64,000 bases of DNA, taken from Schmidtea polychroa. Lineage: Eukaryota. The position numbers and the translations under genes are program-made. Where the stretch lies: positions 6,264,001 to 6,328,000 of the forward strand of contig CM097885.1 in NCBI GenBank assembly GCA_044892525.1, in the 5' to 3' direction. Position 1 is the first letter of the stretch. Every line of letters begins with the position of its first letter. The notes under the pieces were generated by a model that worked only from the letters and a program-made list of their open reading frames with translations, made no database searches and was not told the DNA's origin. Below, in pieces: positions 13,850-27,209 of this stretch.

Positions 13850-14350
13850 ACAAACGAAATATATATCAAGGACATTATCATTATTTTCAATAAATTTGTT
13901 GCTGAGTGAATGTAAATTGTGTGGGATTGGGATTTATTCGCAATGCGTCACGTAATATTCTTTCCCCCTTGTTATAAAAGGTTTTATTTAAAATTTGAAA
14001 ATCTTTCAAGTCAGTTGGCCCTTTATGCTCAATACTATGACTCACACCTTTCAATAGGCTATGCTCCTGAACCCTAGTGAGTACATGACTGGAAATCTTT
14101 GAAATCTATGTATTATTGCACGCAATACATGGAAACCTATATACTAGGTCAGCCACAAACCTAATAGAGAATGTAATGTATTCCTAAACATGTTTAATGA
14201 TTTTTAAAATATTGACACTATTTTAAATATATTAGAATTGCCTAATGGTTTGATGAGAGAAAACCTAAAAATTTTAAAGCCTTCCGAATATGGATTAACT
14301 ATAACATGAGATTTTAAATGTTCATCAACATTAAATAAACTGCTATTTTC
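13850..14350 (-). mobile_element. Decayed Penelope-like GIY-YIG endonuclease fragment, family B
   Basis: Minus strand gives VADLVYRFPCIACNNT..SRHVLTRVQEH..DLKDFQIL..GERILRDAL, parallel to family A SDLVYQFTCNVCNATYIGE..RAREH. Confidence 0.6.
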
Positions 14351-14680
14351 ATTGTTTTCATCAGGCACAATTCAAAGGCAATCAGTGATTTCCTCAGTCA
14401 ATATTTCTCCAAAAACATTTTTATATCCATTTTTATTCAAAAAAGAAATTTTGCTATATTTTTCAAACGTAGATGATAATGACCAAAATCTAAGAATCAA
14501 ACCCTTAATCAATACACCGTTTAGTCAGAAGGATCAAAACCCTGAAAAACGAATTGAAATGAATCCCAACACTCATAATCCTTTGAAATTGAAAAGTTTT
14601 AAAATGGAGTCAAGACCTTTGCAATATTATGCTGTATTGAACTTAACATGGAAAAAACCGGTCGCACTGGAACATATTAA

Positions 14681-14755
<75 letters not shown>

Positions 14756-15242
14756 AACAATAAAATGATAATTTAAGCCTTTTGCTGCAAATAATGTATT
14801 TAATGAAAGAATTTTCGACTATACGATAGTCCTTGTCAATCTCCTGGAATTTAGCAATGTTCTTCCCCAAAATACCTTTCAATCTTTCTTTGATTTCCTT
14901 TCTCTTAATTCTCATTGGTTGTAAATATAATGAATTGTTTTACTAAAAACTTTTAAAATTTTTTACATTTAAAATTTCAAAATGACACAAACTAAAAATT
15001 TTTAAATTTTTTTACAGCTTCTATAATTAGCTTCTAGAAGCCTAATAAAATATTTGAAAATATTTTAAATAAAGCCTCCAATAACTACTTATATATGCTA
15101 TTTAAATATTTCAATAAATGTGTCAATTTTGATTTTCAAACCCTATTTTTTAAAATTTTTTTTTTTATATTATTCTAATTATTACTTTTTAATTTATTCT
15201 ATTTTTTTTAATTTCTTTATATATTGTCAGTTATTCTCAAAG

Positions 15243-15666
15243 TCAATGACAACAGATCAAATTCATGATTTCATTGATTTCTTCTTTAGTGTTGATCTTT
15301 GGCTGTCTGTTTATGATGAGAATTGCTTCTTTGATTCTGACATTTTTCTTTTGGATGTTTCCATTAGCTATGATTTCTATTGAAATATTTTTTTCTTTCT
15401 TCTGTTGGCTGACACTGCCGGAGATGTCTGCCCAACGAGGATGTTCCACCAGGATCTAGATGTTCTTTAACTCTTTGGTGCAATGTCCTGAGGGTACTTC
15501 CAATGTAGATTTCATTGCATACATTGCACGTGATGCAATAGACGATGTTTTTTCTAAAGCACATATCTTTCGGTGTCTGGCAGTTTTTCATTGTGCCATT
15601 GTTTTCTCTATTTATGTTGCCTGCCAGAGCCCTTCTCAATGTCCAAGATTTATGTGCAATCATCAT
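15243..15666 (-). mobile_element. Penelope-like GIY-YIG endonuclease fragment, family C (frameshifted)
   Basis: NIVYCITCNVCNEIYIGSTLRTLHQRVKEH (GIY-YIG core), continuing after a frameshift as ..RIKEAILIINRQPKINTKEE. Confidence 0.85.
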
Positions 15667-15744
15667 TTTATATTATTATTATTATTATTATTATTATAGA
15701 GTGATGATTTATTGGTAGCAGCATTAATTAAATTTTAAACAAGC

Positions 15745-15787
15745 ATGAAATTGAAAAGAGCTATCTTATAGTCGAAAGTTTTTTCAT
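15745..15787 (+). ncRNA. Degenerate minimal hammerhead motif (AAGCUU-like class)
   Basis: atgaaa [ttgaaaa] gagctat ctt atagtc GAAA gttt tttcat: stem I atgaaa/tttcat and stem II are kept, but the CUGANGA box is mutated. Confidence 0.35.
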
Positions 15788-16824
15788 TTGTATTAAATAT
15801 TTAATTTTTGAAGCAAAGGGATTAAATTATCATTTAATTATTTAATATTATTACTTTTTTATCATTATTATCATTATTATTATTATAAAAATTATTATTT
15901 TTTTTAAATGTCAAATATTTTTAAATAATTTTTTAGTTGAAAAGAATTTATTTACAACTGTAAAATTGTAAAATAGTAATCACAAATTAATGATGTTTAA
16001 TAAATTATGATTTTACCTAATTCAAACAAATTGAATATTTAATTTGAAATTGGAAAACGCCAGCAACAAATTTTTTTCTGTAAACATAAATTTTATACAA
16101 AATTAATTTGCTGATTTCATAAAAACAATTAATAATTAATTTTAAGTTGCATTATAATTACGCGTACGTTTAAATTTCATTCGATTTGATAAATTATTCC
16201 ATATAACTTGTGTTTATTCTCAAATGTGACGGTTGGGATGAAGTATCTCAAGTTTGTCCTTTGACCCCCTTCAGCGCTTGAACTGATAATATAGTAAAAT
16301 AATATAATAAAATAAGAATCTTTTTTTTGGTTTCCTCTTTGATCTATTTTTAATTCAAAAACTTTCATATTAATATTTGTAAGACTATGGATCAAAATAA
16401 TATATAAGGTACTCAATATTTCAGCACAGCCTTTATCAAGTGTGTATTTCAATCGCTATATAAATTTACTTTACAAAATTAAATATCTTTGTTGTTCCAC
16501 TACCAGGTACCTCTGTTTTACCATAACCATGCCTAAAATGCGACGAAACCTACATTATTGAAACTCATAACACTTTTCTCGGCCGAATCAATGAGCGCAT
16601 TAAAAATAAACTTGTAATTTTCACGAAAAATGGGGAAATGACAGAAGAGTATTCCATTTATAGACAAATCAAAATGTCGACTTCTAGCTTTTTAAAATCC
16701 TTTTTTTGTATAATTCAAAAGTAAATTTAATTAGATTTAAATAAGAATTCAAATTAAATTATAATCAAATTTAAAATAAATTTTAATTTAATTAATTTCA
16801 ACCAATAAAGTCACTTTAAAATGT

Positions 16825-17460
16825 ATAAGAAAACGCCAAACAAACATTCGTATCGACAGTTTTCCTATCATCATCAGGTAGTAATTAATAACTATATAAA
16901 TTAAGGATTTAAAAAAAAATTTAATAATTTCATTAATTATATAAAAAAAATTCTTTTTAAAAATTATAATTAAATTAATATATTATTTTTAAATTTTAAC
17001 ATTTAGAATTTAATTTAACAACAACAATCAATACATACAATATACAAAAAAATATTTAAAAACATTTAAAGTACACAAGTATTCACTGCATTCTGCACAA
17101 TAATTTTCGGATTCAATGACTTTATCAACAACGCCTCACAAATCACACGTTCCCAATTATTTTCGATATTTTTTAAAAAAAATTTTAAATCAGACATTCC
17201 TATTTTAATCTTACAGCCCTTATTGTGCTCACTAATATGGATCAAAGCCTTCGGTCCATAATGCTCTCGGGCTCGAATACAGAGATGACGGGAAGCCTCT
17301 CCAATGTATGTGGCATTACACACATTACATGTAAACTGATAAACGAGATCGGAACACAATTAGACCAGAGTTTTAGACTTATTAATAAACATATTGCGTA
17401 CTTTCCATGAATTTGACTCGCTGAAATTTATTGTACCTTATATATTGTTTAGATCTAGTC
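16825..17460 (-). mobile_element. Penelope-like element 3' end, family A (GIY-YIG plus pLTR with degenerate hammerhead)
   Basis: ORF 17066..17359 (DLVYQFTCNVCNATYIGEASRHLCIRAREH). The minus strand near 16850-16885 reads ctacCTGATGAtgataggaaaactgtcGATA, a damaged copy of the 45833 hammerhead. Confidence 0.85.
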
Positions 17461-18269
17461 TTACAAATATTAATATGAAAATTATTGAATTAAAAATGAT
17501 GTTTGATATAAATCAATCAAAGGGATTAACGGATTAAGTGGTCAATGAAAAGCAAAGACAATTAAAGAACCAATGAAAATTTGATTAATAGTGATTAAAT
17601 ATTATTTAAATTAAAATGGTCTCGTAGATTAAAACAAAACACGATTGTGAAATTTTTTAATTGAAAATATAATTTAACTGTAAAGAATTTCAGTAAACAA
17701 ATTAATGAATTATTATTTTGCAAAAAAAAACAGATTTTCTTCATAAATTATTCACGGATAAATGACTTTTGATCCCCTGAGACTGGAACAATAAAACAAC
17801 TCTTGAAAATCCCCCCAGCAAAATCAGTACAAAACGATTTTATTTACCGCATTATTTAAATTTTTGAAAAGATTTATCAAAATTTATAATTTTTTATCAC
17901 GAACTGTTTCCGATTAGATAAATTTCCATTGGGAAGAAATTCCTTGTTGATAGGGAGATGGGAGGATAATATGAAGGAATTGAATGGTGATATCTGCAAT
18001 CCTCTCTGTCAACATTGTTCCTATCTCTGTGTCAATATGTAGAATTTCTTTATTTTTCACTTTATATGGGTTTCATATTTATTGTTTAAATTGTTAGATA
18101 TTATTGATTTTTGGACGGTGAAATATGATTCAGAGATTTCCTGGACCCCGGGCAGGTTTATGTAGAGCTCTAATAAGAAACAGACTTTATTTAAACAAAG
18201 AAAATTGCATTTTTCAAATGTTGAAAAAAAGATGATTCTTACTTTGCAAAACAATAAAAAAAATAGTAA

Positions 18270-19264
<995 letters not shown>

Positions 19265-20575
19265 CATGTATATTATGTATGATTCGATAGAGAGAAGTCG
19301 ATTTGCAGATAACATTGGTCAATTTTGATAGATTTTTAAAGATTTAAATTAAATTTAAAAAATATTTTTATTAAATAATATTTTTAAAAAAAACTGAAAT
19401 TGAGCATTTTTAAAAAATATGTTTATCGAAAAATATTTTAAAAGGAAAATTGAAATTTGTTTAAATAACAAAAATAAGGAAGAAAAGTTTTTTTGAGTGT
19501 AAAATTTATTGAATAAAATTTATGGAATTATTTAGTGATTTGGAATTATTTAATGTTGCAACGGATGAGAATCCTAATATTGTCAATTACAATCTATTAA
19601 AATTTTTAAATTGTTATATAGTAATGTCTCGTTTAATGTCACCCGTAAAACGTTATTTCACTTGGATATTAAACTAAAATTTAAAATAATTTTTTTATGA
19701 AATTTTGATGAAAAATAAATTTTTTATTTTGTTTTAAAAATTATTTTTTGATGAAACAATAAAGTTTTTTTACATCTTTGCAACTTGTATGATGATGATT
19801 AGTTTTTTTTTATATAATATGTTCTGGGTCAGAAATAACCCCCTTCAATTTCTTCAATTTCGTGTTACTTCTTTATCCTTGACACACTGTGTCAGAATGC
19901 ATTTCCTCTTGATTCCAAGTGTGCGAAATCAATCTTTTCGTCATTTTTTAGTATTTCCTCAATAAATACTTCAGATTTTTTATTCCTTTGATCTTAGTCC
20001 ATTGTCACTTTTAGATCATTCATTAATTATGTCAGTCATTGAAATGCCAGGCTTTTCTTTTGCCGTTTGGTATTCATCAATCAACGCTATGTCAATAATA
20101 ACCAATATTATTTGGATCTTTAACCAATGTCTTTATTTTGAAAAATCTCTGACAGCCTTTGATGAATAGTTCTAAGTCCTTGTGGAATTTGTCTGGAAGT
20201 AATCTTCCGTTGAAGTAGTCACTATATTATAAGCTATAACACTTAAGTATTCATAAATAATTATTATTAAAAACACATATTTTCGAGATATAATATTTCT
20301 AATATCGACAATTTTAACTGACATTTAAAAATTTCAGCATTCAACATTTACAAGTTAAAAATGCTAAAGGTTTACGGATGCACTTGTAAACAGTTTCTGT
20401 GCATGACGGTGTCTCCAGAGGCGAATATGATTTTTCATACGTCATGTTTACAAGTTTGCAGATATTTGTTTCTGTGATTTAGCGAATTTGCAAGTGATGT
20501 GATTTTCAGTGTACCCGGAAAAGTATGCAATAGAGTTGAATCAGCAATATTGTATACTTACCTGGCGCGAAGAGA

Positions 20576-20664
20576 AATCTTCGCGTCTGCTGTATAGTAG
20601 TGATGAGAGCCAAAAGCTCGAAACTAGTCTACTATTGGGATTTACACTGGGTATCACAAAGCTT
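20576..20664 (+). ncRNA. Short hammerhead-ribozyme element, copy B
   Basis: atagta GTGATGA gagc caaaa gctc GAAAC ta GTC tactat (C3>G change). Preceded by the hairpin gcgcgaaga-GAAA-tcttcgcgt. Confidence 0.8.
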
Positions 20665-21114
20665 GTAATGTTTATCTTATTTCATTGTTAGACATCCGTA
20701 AAAAAATATTTTAATCCCTTTGAAACTGTAGTTTATATTTTAAATTTTAAGCATTTATTTTTCATTTTAAATTCCTTTTAGATGAAAACTTTAAAAATTT
20801 ACTTTTTAATTATTAAAACAATTCTTATATATTGTATTTATTAAAACATTGACTATGAATCAGTAAAAATATCGATGTTTATTTTATATTCATGAATTTT
20901 CAATAATTTCAATTTTAATTTGTGTTTGGTAATGTTTCTCGCCACAGCTATAATTAATATCTGCTAAATAATTTCTATAATCTTTCAAACAATAATTACC
21001 TCTGATTAAATCTCCAAAAATTGCTTTTTGACAATCAAATAAAACGTTAATTACAATCTAGATTTCCTAACTATCATAATCAAAGTATAAATTGATGATT
21101 TTTGGTAGCAGCAT

Positions 21115-24100
21115 AGCAGATGGATTTGGCCCCGCAAACCCAGGGGCCCACTAGACCACCCCCCGTTATAAAAATTTTTAAATAAACGTTTTTTTTCAAG
21201 GTCATATTTTTGTAATTTTAAATTTACAGAGTTCCAGCCAACGGAATTTATTGAACGATGGCTCATTTTAAACTCCAGAACAAACCTTTCGAATGAGCTA
21301 TATATATATATATAATCATTATTATTTCTAAAGATATTATTATTATTATTATTATTAATATCAAGTTTTATAAAATTTATTACAAAGTTTTATTATTAAT
21401 TTTATTATTTTTTGTACATTGTCTTATTCACAGCTTTTTCCAAATTTTTTATACAAGATTTTATTACAATGTTTGGAATATATCAAAATATACAAGTTTT
21501 TATAATATTTTATCCAAGTGCAACATTCTTAAATTTGAGAGGAGAAATCCTGATTTAAATTTATCTATAAATGTGTTTTCATTTAATCCTACCAGTTCTC
21601 ATCCCAATATTTCCGACGATTATGTAACTCACCACCCTCATCTTAGTATAATACATCGTTCTAAGGTTATCGATGGTAGGCCGATTTAATTATTACTTCT
21701 CAATAACAAAGATAAATATCATTATACGGCCGTTAATGATTTAGACAAGTTAATGAAATGTCATTTAAATGAGGATTGTAATGTACGAATAAGGTGTAAC
21801 TGATGCCCACATTGCCTTAATAGGTTCAGATATAAGAATGCTTTTGATCAGCATGTTGCTCTATGCTGTAAGAATCAGACTGGCACAACACTTTATACAC
21901 TCCCCAAAAATAAAGATTTATTGTTTACTGACTATTCAAAAACAGTTGCACCTCCCTTTGTGATTTATGCCGATTTTGAATCGGTTTTACCAGAACATAT
22001 CATACATCATCAAATTCATTTACCCATATCAGCAGGTCTTTTACTTATAAATAATTACAATCACACTAAATTTTATTTTGATTTTTTTGGAACAAATTGT
22101 ATTTTGGAATTTTTAAGGAAGGTGGAGGAAATTGCTACAATTGCCCTGCTATATTATGAGTCAAAGGTCATAAAGGCATGTCTACTTTGTCTTTTGCTCA
22201 GGAGCGTGCTTTCGGGTTAGCACTATTTGTTATTTGTGCAAAAAAGATATAATTAGTCCTGTTATAGATCATTGTCATTTCACCGGTAGATATTTAGGAG
22301 CTGCATGCAGGAAATGCAATGTCTCTCGTAGGATTAATAAATTATTACCGATAGTTTTTCATAATTTATGAGGCTATGATTTGCACTATATTTTGAAACA
22401 TGGCCTCAGTGATTTTGCCGCTTGGGAGTTGAATATTATACCTACCTCAACAGAGAAATTTATTTCTTTAATTGCTTATATTAACAAATTGCCTGTTCGT
22501 TTTATTGACAGCATGCAATTTGTTAATTGTTCTTTAGCCAAAGCTGTGAAAACTCTTACTACTTTTCCTTTAACGTCGTCTGTCTTTCAGAGGTCGATAA
22601 TTCATTCGAAAGGTATCTTTCCGTATACTTTTGCTACTTCTTTGGATGTGCTTGAGTCTACTTTGGAATTACCCCCTATTTGGTCTGATGTTACGGAAGA
22701 TGAGTACACTAAGGCTCAACTAATTTGGAGACAGCATAACTGTAATAATTGGTTAGATTGCATATTAACGTATCTTAAATTAGACGTATACCTCCTTGCA
22801 GCCTATTTTCAGAAATTCCGTGGAAAGGCCATTGGAATTCCCGGTATGTCTTGGGCCTCTAACATTAACGGAACCCATAGAACTTCTGCAGGACATGGAA
22901 ATGTATAATTTTTATGAGGGAGGTATACGGGGTGGGTTAACATTTGTTAACAAACATTACATTGCTACTTCAAATAATACAGAATTATTGTAAATAGATA
23001 TAAATAATCTATATGGTTGGGTTCTTAGCCAAAATCTTCCGTATGGTGATTTTTCTTAGGTGAATGATAATCTGAATGATGTTTTGCTTGAATATGTGAA
23101 CACGGATATTGATAACCTTCCATATGGGTATACAATGGAGGTTGGTATCGATATTCCGGAATGTGTGCACGATTTCTTGAATGATTTTCCGCTTGGGCCG
23201 GAAAAGTTGTGCCCGATTATTCAAAAGTCGAGAAGCTTATGCTTACGCATTGGCCAAAGAGGAACTACGTTCTTCACTGGAGGCTTCTTAAATTGTACAT
23301 AGAATTAGGTAGGGTTGTTGTAAATATTCATAGATGTATTAAATTTAAGCAAGCGCCTATATATTTAAAGCATATATAGACACCAACACAACTTTAAGAT
23401 CACAGTCTACTAGCAAAATATATAGGGGCTTGTTTAAATTAAATAATAATAGCCTGTACGGTAAATCCATAGAGAACCTCAAGAAACGAATGAATTTGAG
23501 GATCTATCTGAAATCTATCTGAAAAGATGATAGTATACGCCTCAAAACCGACTTTCCGGAAATCAATAAGAATTGACGGTGATCTGATAGCCACTCATTT
23601 AGAAAATGGCTCTATATGTTTAAACAGATTAAGACTAGTTACATAGGTCAAACAGTATTAGATCTGTCTAAACTGTGGATGTACCAGCATAAAAAATATT
23701 ACCAATAGCTTCTTTCTAGAGAATAAAAATCTCAAATTAGATGTCTTATTACCTCAGATGATCTCAGATAATTTATTGGACACATCTAACTATGATCCAA
23801 CACACCCCTTATATAATAGGAACCTTGACTCAGTCATCGGGAGGTTTAAAGATGAGAGCCAGGGATTAGGTTATTCAGAATGGATTTTCTTACACCCAAA
23901 ATGTTATAGTCTTTCAGACAGTAACATTTAAAGCAAAAGGGGTTAAATTACCTTGGACATCAATAAACCACCAAACTTATCTAGATTGTTATAACACAAA
24001 TCAGGTGATTTCTGAACTACAGACTAGAATAGGTACTAGAAATCATCAATTATTTACATTTAAAAACTCGAAAATTGCCCTATCAAATAATGATGATAAG

Positions 24101-24353
24101 CGCGCGTGGATAGGGTAAAAAAGGTTTTGCATTTGGTTACTATTTAGGAGTTGATGACATTAGCGATGTTGATGACGATGATGAATTCGGTCCAGCTACA
24201 AGTACCAGTTTCGATGACAGCTTCTGGGATGAAGAAGATCAATGAAAACTTATATATTGTGATAAAAACTTGTATAAAAAAGTTGTAAAAAGCTGGGAAT
24301 AAAAAAAAGTACAATGGGCCCCTGGTTTTGCGGGGTTTAATCCATCTACTACT
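21115..24353 (+). mobile_element. Compact Polinton/Maverick-derived element with TIRs, a 6-bp TSD and only a degenerate pPolB gene
   Basis: Left end agcagatggatttggccccgcaaacccaggggccca; right end (reverse complement) agtagtagatggattaaaccccgcaaaaccaggggccca. Flanks are cagcat / tagcat. Confidence 0.8.
21500..24145 (+). pseudogene. Protein-primed DNA polymerase B (Polinton/adintovirus type) pseudogene
   Basis: Motifs in order: FERRNP..INVF; PPFVIYADFES (ExoI); DHCHFTGRYLGAACRKCN (endonuclease VII-like insert); VFHNL*GYD; RFIDSMQF; KGIFPY; GIRGG; DINNLYG (motif A); KLNNNSLYGK (motif B); DTSNY..GRFKDE; ALSNNDDKR. Several stops and frameshifts. Confidence 0.9.
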
Positions 24354-24564
24354 TAGCATAAATTAAATGTTAAACAAATAAATAATAAAATAAGCCTTTT
24401 GCTGAAAATTCTGCATTATGTGAAAATAATTTCTAATGCTTTTTTATCTCATTTTTTATCTCCTTTTTTTAATGTTCTTTTAAACTCATTTTCTACCTTT
24501 TGATTAAATGAAATAAATTTATTTTCATTTTTTCCTTATTTTTAGTCATTAGTTGAAAACGTGA

Positions 24565-24612
24565 TTTGCAGTCTGAAGGAAGACTGATAAGTAGTCGAAA
24601 TATATAGCGCGA
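24565..24612 (+). ncRNA. Minimal hammerhead-like motif (AUAUAU class)
   Basis: ttgcagt CTGAAGGA agact gataagt agtc GAAA tatat a gcgcga: stem II gact/agtc, palindromic AUAUAU, one extra nucleotide in the core. Confidence 0.5.
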
Positions 24613-25466
24613 TGTTGTTTAATAAGCTTAGTTTATGTTTTTTTTTATTATAATATTTAGTGCATTTTCATACAAAACCAATCCTATCAATTTTTTACGA
24701 TCCTCTACTCTATTCCTGATCCATTTCTAGATATAAATTCCAATAATTAATTATTTAATGATTTTCTGTAAATCCACTGTTCGGGGTCTTTCTCGTCTAG
24801 ATATGCACTTGCTGACAATTTTGTTGCTGTATATCCTCTCTTGACATCGTTTTTGTTTAAATTTCTGATAATTTTGTTTTTTGAATTATTTTGTTTAACC
24901 TTATAAATTTATTATTTAATATTAATTCAATTATATTGGAGAAAAGACATGAGAAAATTTGTCTCATATCGGAACATTGTTTCGAGTCAGAAGAAATGAG
25001 GAATGCTGGGGAAAAATGGTCAGAATTCAAAGAAAATTGATGTTTTTAATTAATGAATAACACAAGTAGATATTATTTATTTATCCCATCTATGGACTGT
25101 CTCAATTCAACCCGCTCAGAGTCATTGAAACTTTACATTAAATTGAAAAAATAATGTTGATATCATCTTATATAAATTAAAGGGTGAACAATTTTAATCA
25201 CAAACCAAATATCGTGAAGAATATCAAAGTTTTCAGGGGCCCCATAACATAGCCTAAGTAATCTAATGGCAAACTACTTTCTTGCTTATTTGGTTGTTAT
25301 CGTTTGGAGTTACTTATTACCATCGGATTCGATTACAAGCTTTAATTGTGTTTACATCTATTGGAGACAGAAATTACATGAATTGTTTATTCATTTAGTT
25401 TTTATGATATTAAATGTAAGGATATACATATGATAATAGAAATACAGAAAGTGTGGTATTTGATAC

Positions 25467-25580
25467 GGCTTGATGGTGGAGTAGTTAGATTCTTGGATCA
25501 GGTTACAAATGTAATGGATTCAATTGAGTTTATTACATGGTGCTGATGACAGCCTAATAAGCTAAAAACTAGTCTGTTAT
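25467..25580 (+). mobile_element. Degenerate tRNA-like head followed by an ACUAGU-class hammerhead motif (SINE-like)
   Basis: A-box-like tggtggagtagtt (25474) and B-box-like ggattcaatt (~25516), then CTGATGAc agc ctaataa gct aAAAC ta GTC. Confidence 0.45.
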
Positions 25581-26144
25581 TAGAAAGTTAGACTGATCAA
25601 CCTTTAGCACAATTTATTCATATTTTAGGATTCTAAAATGATATTTTACTTTAGACATTTAAAAGAATGAATTGATTAATAATGAAAGATCCGCAATCAT
25701 TTATTTAAGGACCCACGTATAGTTAAAGAATTTACAGATAATAATATTTATATTTTGTTTTATTTGTTGTGTTTCAGTTTATTATTTTGTATCTAAAACT
25801 CGCTAAAATCAGATGAATAAATCCTCACCGGAAATAAAGTGACTTTATCAAAGAGAATATCTCGGGAAATTGATCTTTTTGGGGTTCTCAACATGCATTG
25901 ATAATTGTAGAACTCTATTTACTTACAGTAGAGAAAAGATTTATCGAAGCAAGAAAATATTTGCAAGTTAATTTTTATTAAATGTAAACTAACCGCATAT
26001 ACCTCATTTTGGTTTTATGTCCCAAATTAATATATGAGTAGGTAAATATCTAAACACTGGAACAAGACCATCTGGTGTACCTCCAACCCTATTTCAATGT
26101 TAAGCATTCAGACACTGCCGCAATGTCTATGTGAAACACTATAG

Positions 26145-26928
26145 CAAGGGTGGGCAAAAGCCTGCCTTTTTGCTTATTTTATCCGGCCCATGGAAAAATC
26201 CCGCATGAAATTTTTTCAATCTCTTTCATGTGATTTTGTTAAAATCAACAGTATTAGTGTGCGTAGTGTACATATAAATAATGAAAAATATAAATAATAA
26301 ACAGTATTATAATTTTGAACAGCTGTAACCATACTTCTTTAATGTATGCAACATACTCTCACAAAGTGCGTGGTTGGCTGACTACATAAAATTGAACGTG
26401 TACTCCTCTCACTCTTCGAGGGATGACAGGTCACAGCACACGTACTGTTTATTTTGATTTAGCACTGGTCACATACTAGTCATCATTTCTTTTAAAATCC
26501 CGTTTCGCATTAACTATAAGTATTCTATTTTAGCGTTTGATGTTTGTCTTTTCTTTTTAAAATTTTATTTACTATTATATTTACAAAATGCAATATAAAC
26601 ATAAAAATGTAATAACTATGTATCAATATTAAATATTTTGGTATCGTTAAGATATAAATAAATAACAAAATAAAATCTGTCATTAACTGTTTTATTAATT
26701 GATAATTAATTTAATATAATGCATCATATTTCTTTAAAAATTACGTGTCATATTTTATTGGCACAAATTGTTCGCATGTACACCCAAGTAAGACAATTTC
26801 TTGGGCAGGAAAAAAACTCCACCCAAAACATTCGCGTGTGCAAAGCGTAAGCGGTATAGTTCTCCGGTCCGGGAGACAATTTGAAAATTTCATTTTGGTC
26901 CGCGCTTAAAAGTATTTGCCTACCCCTG
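26145..26928. mobile_element. hAT-type non-autonomous element
   Basis: TIRs caagggtgggcaaa / tttgcctacccctg; 8-bp TSD cactatag / aactatag; subterminal ccggccc-like motifs. Confidence 0.75.
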
Positions 26929-27209
26929 AACTATAGTGTAGGGATATTTTGGTCCCAAGATTTTAGTACAGGAATTTATGGTATGTCAATTTGAAGCACT
27001 ATAGTGAGAGAATAGTTTTGCCTAATGTTTTCCAGATCAAAATGAACTAGAGTGTAAAGGCCAAGTTTATTTATTCAATCAAAATAAATTATTTACTACA
27101 TTTTATTAGAAAATTCTTATTAACTTGAATCATTCATATTTAAACTAATTAATAGCTCGAATGATCAGTATTTAAGATTTATTTTTTTTCTATAATCATA
27201 ATAGAATAA

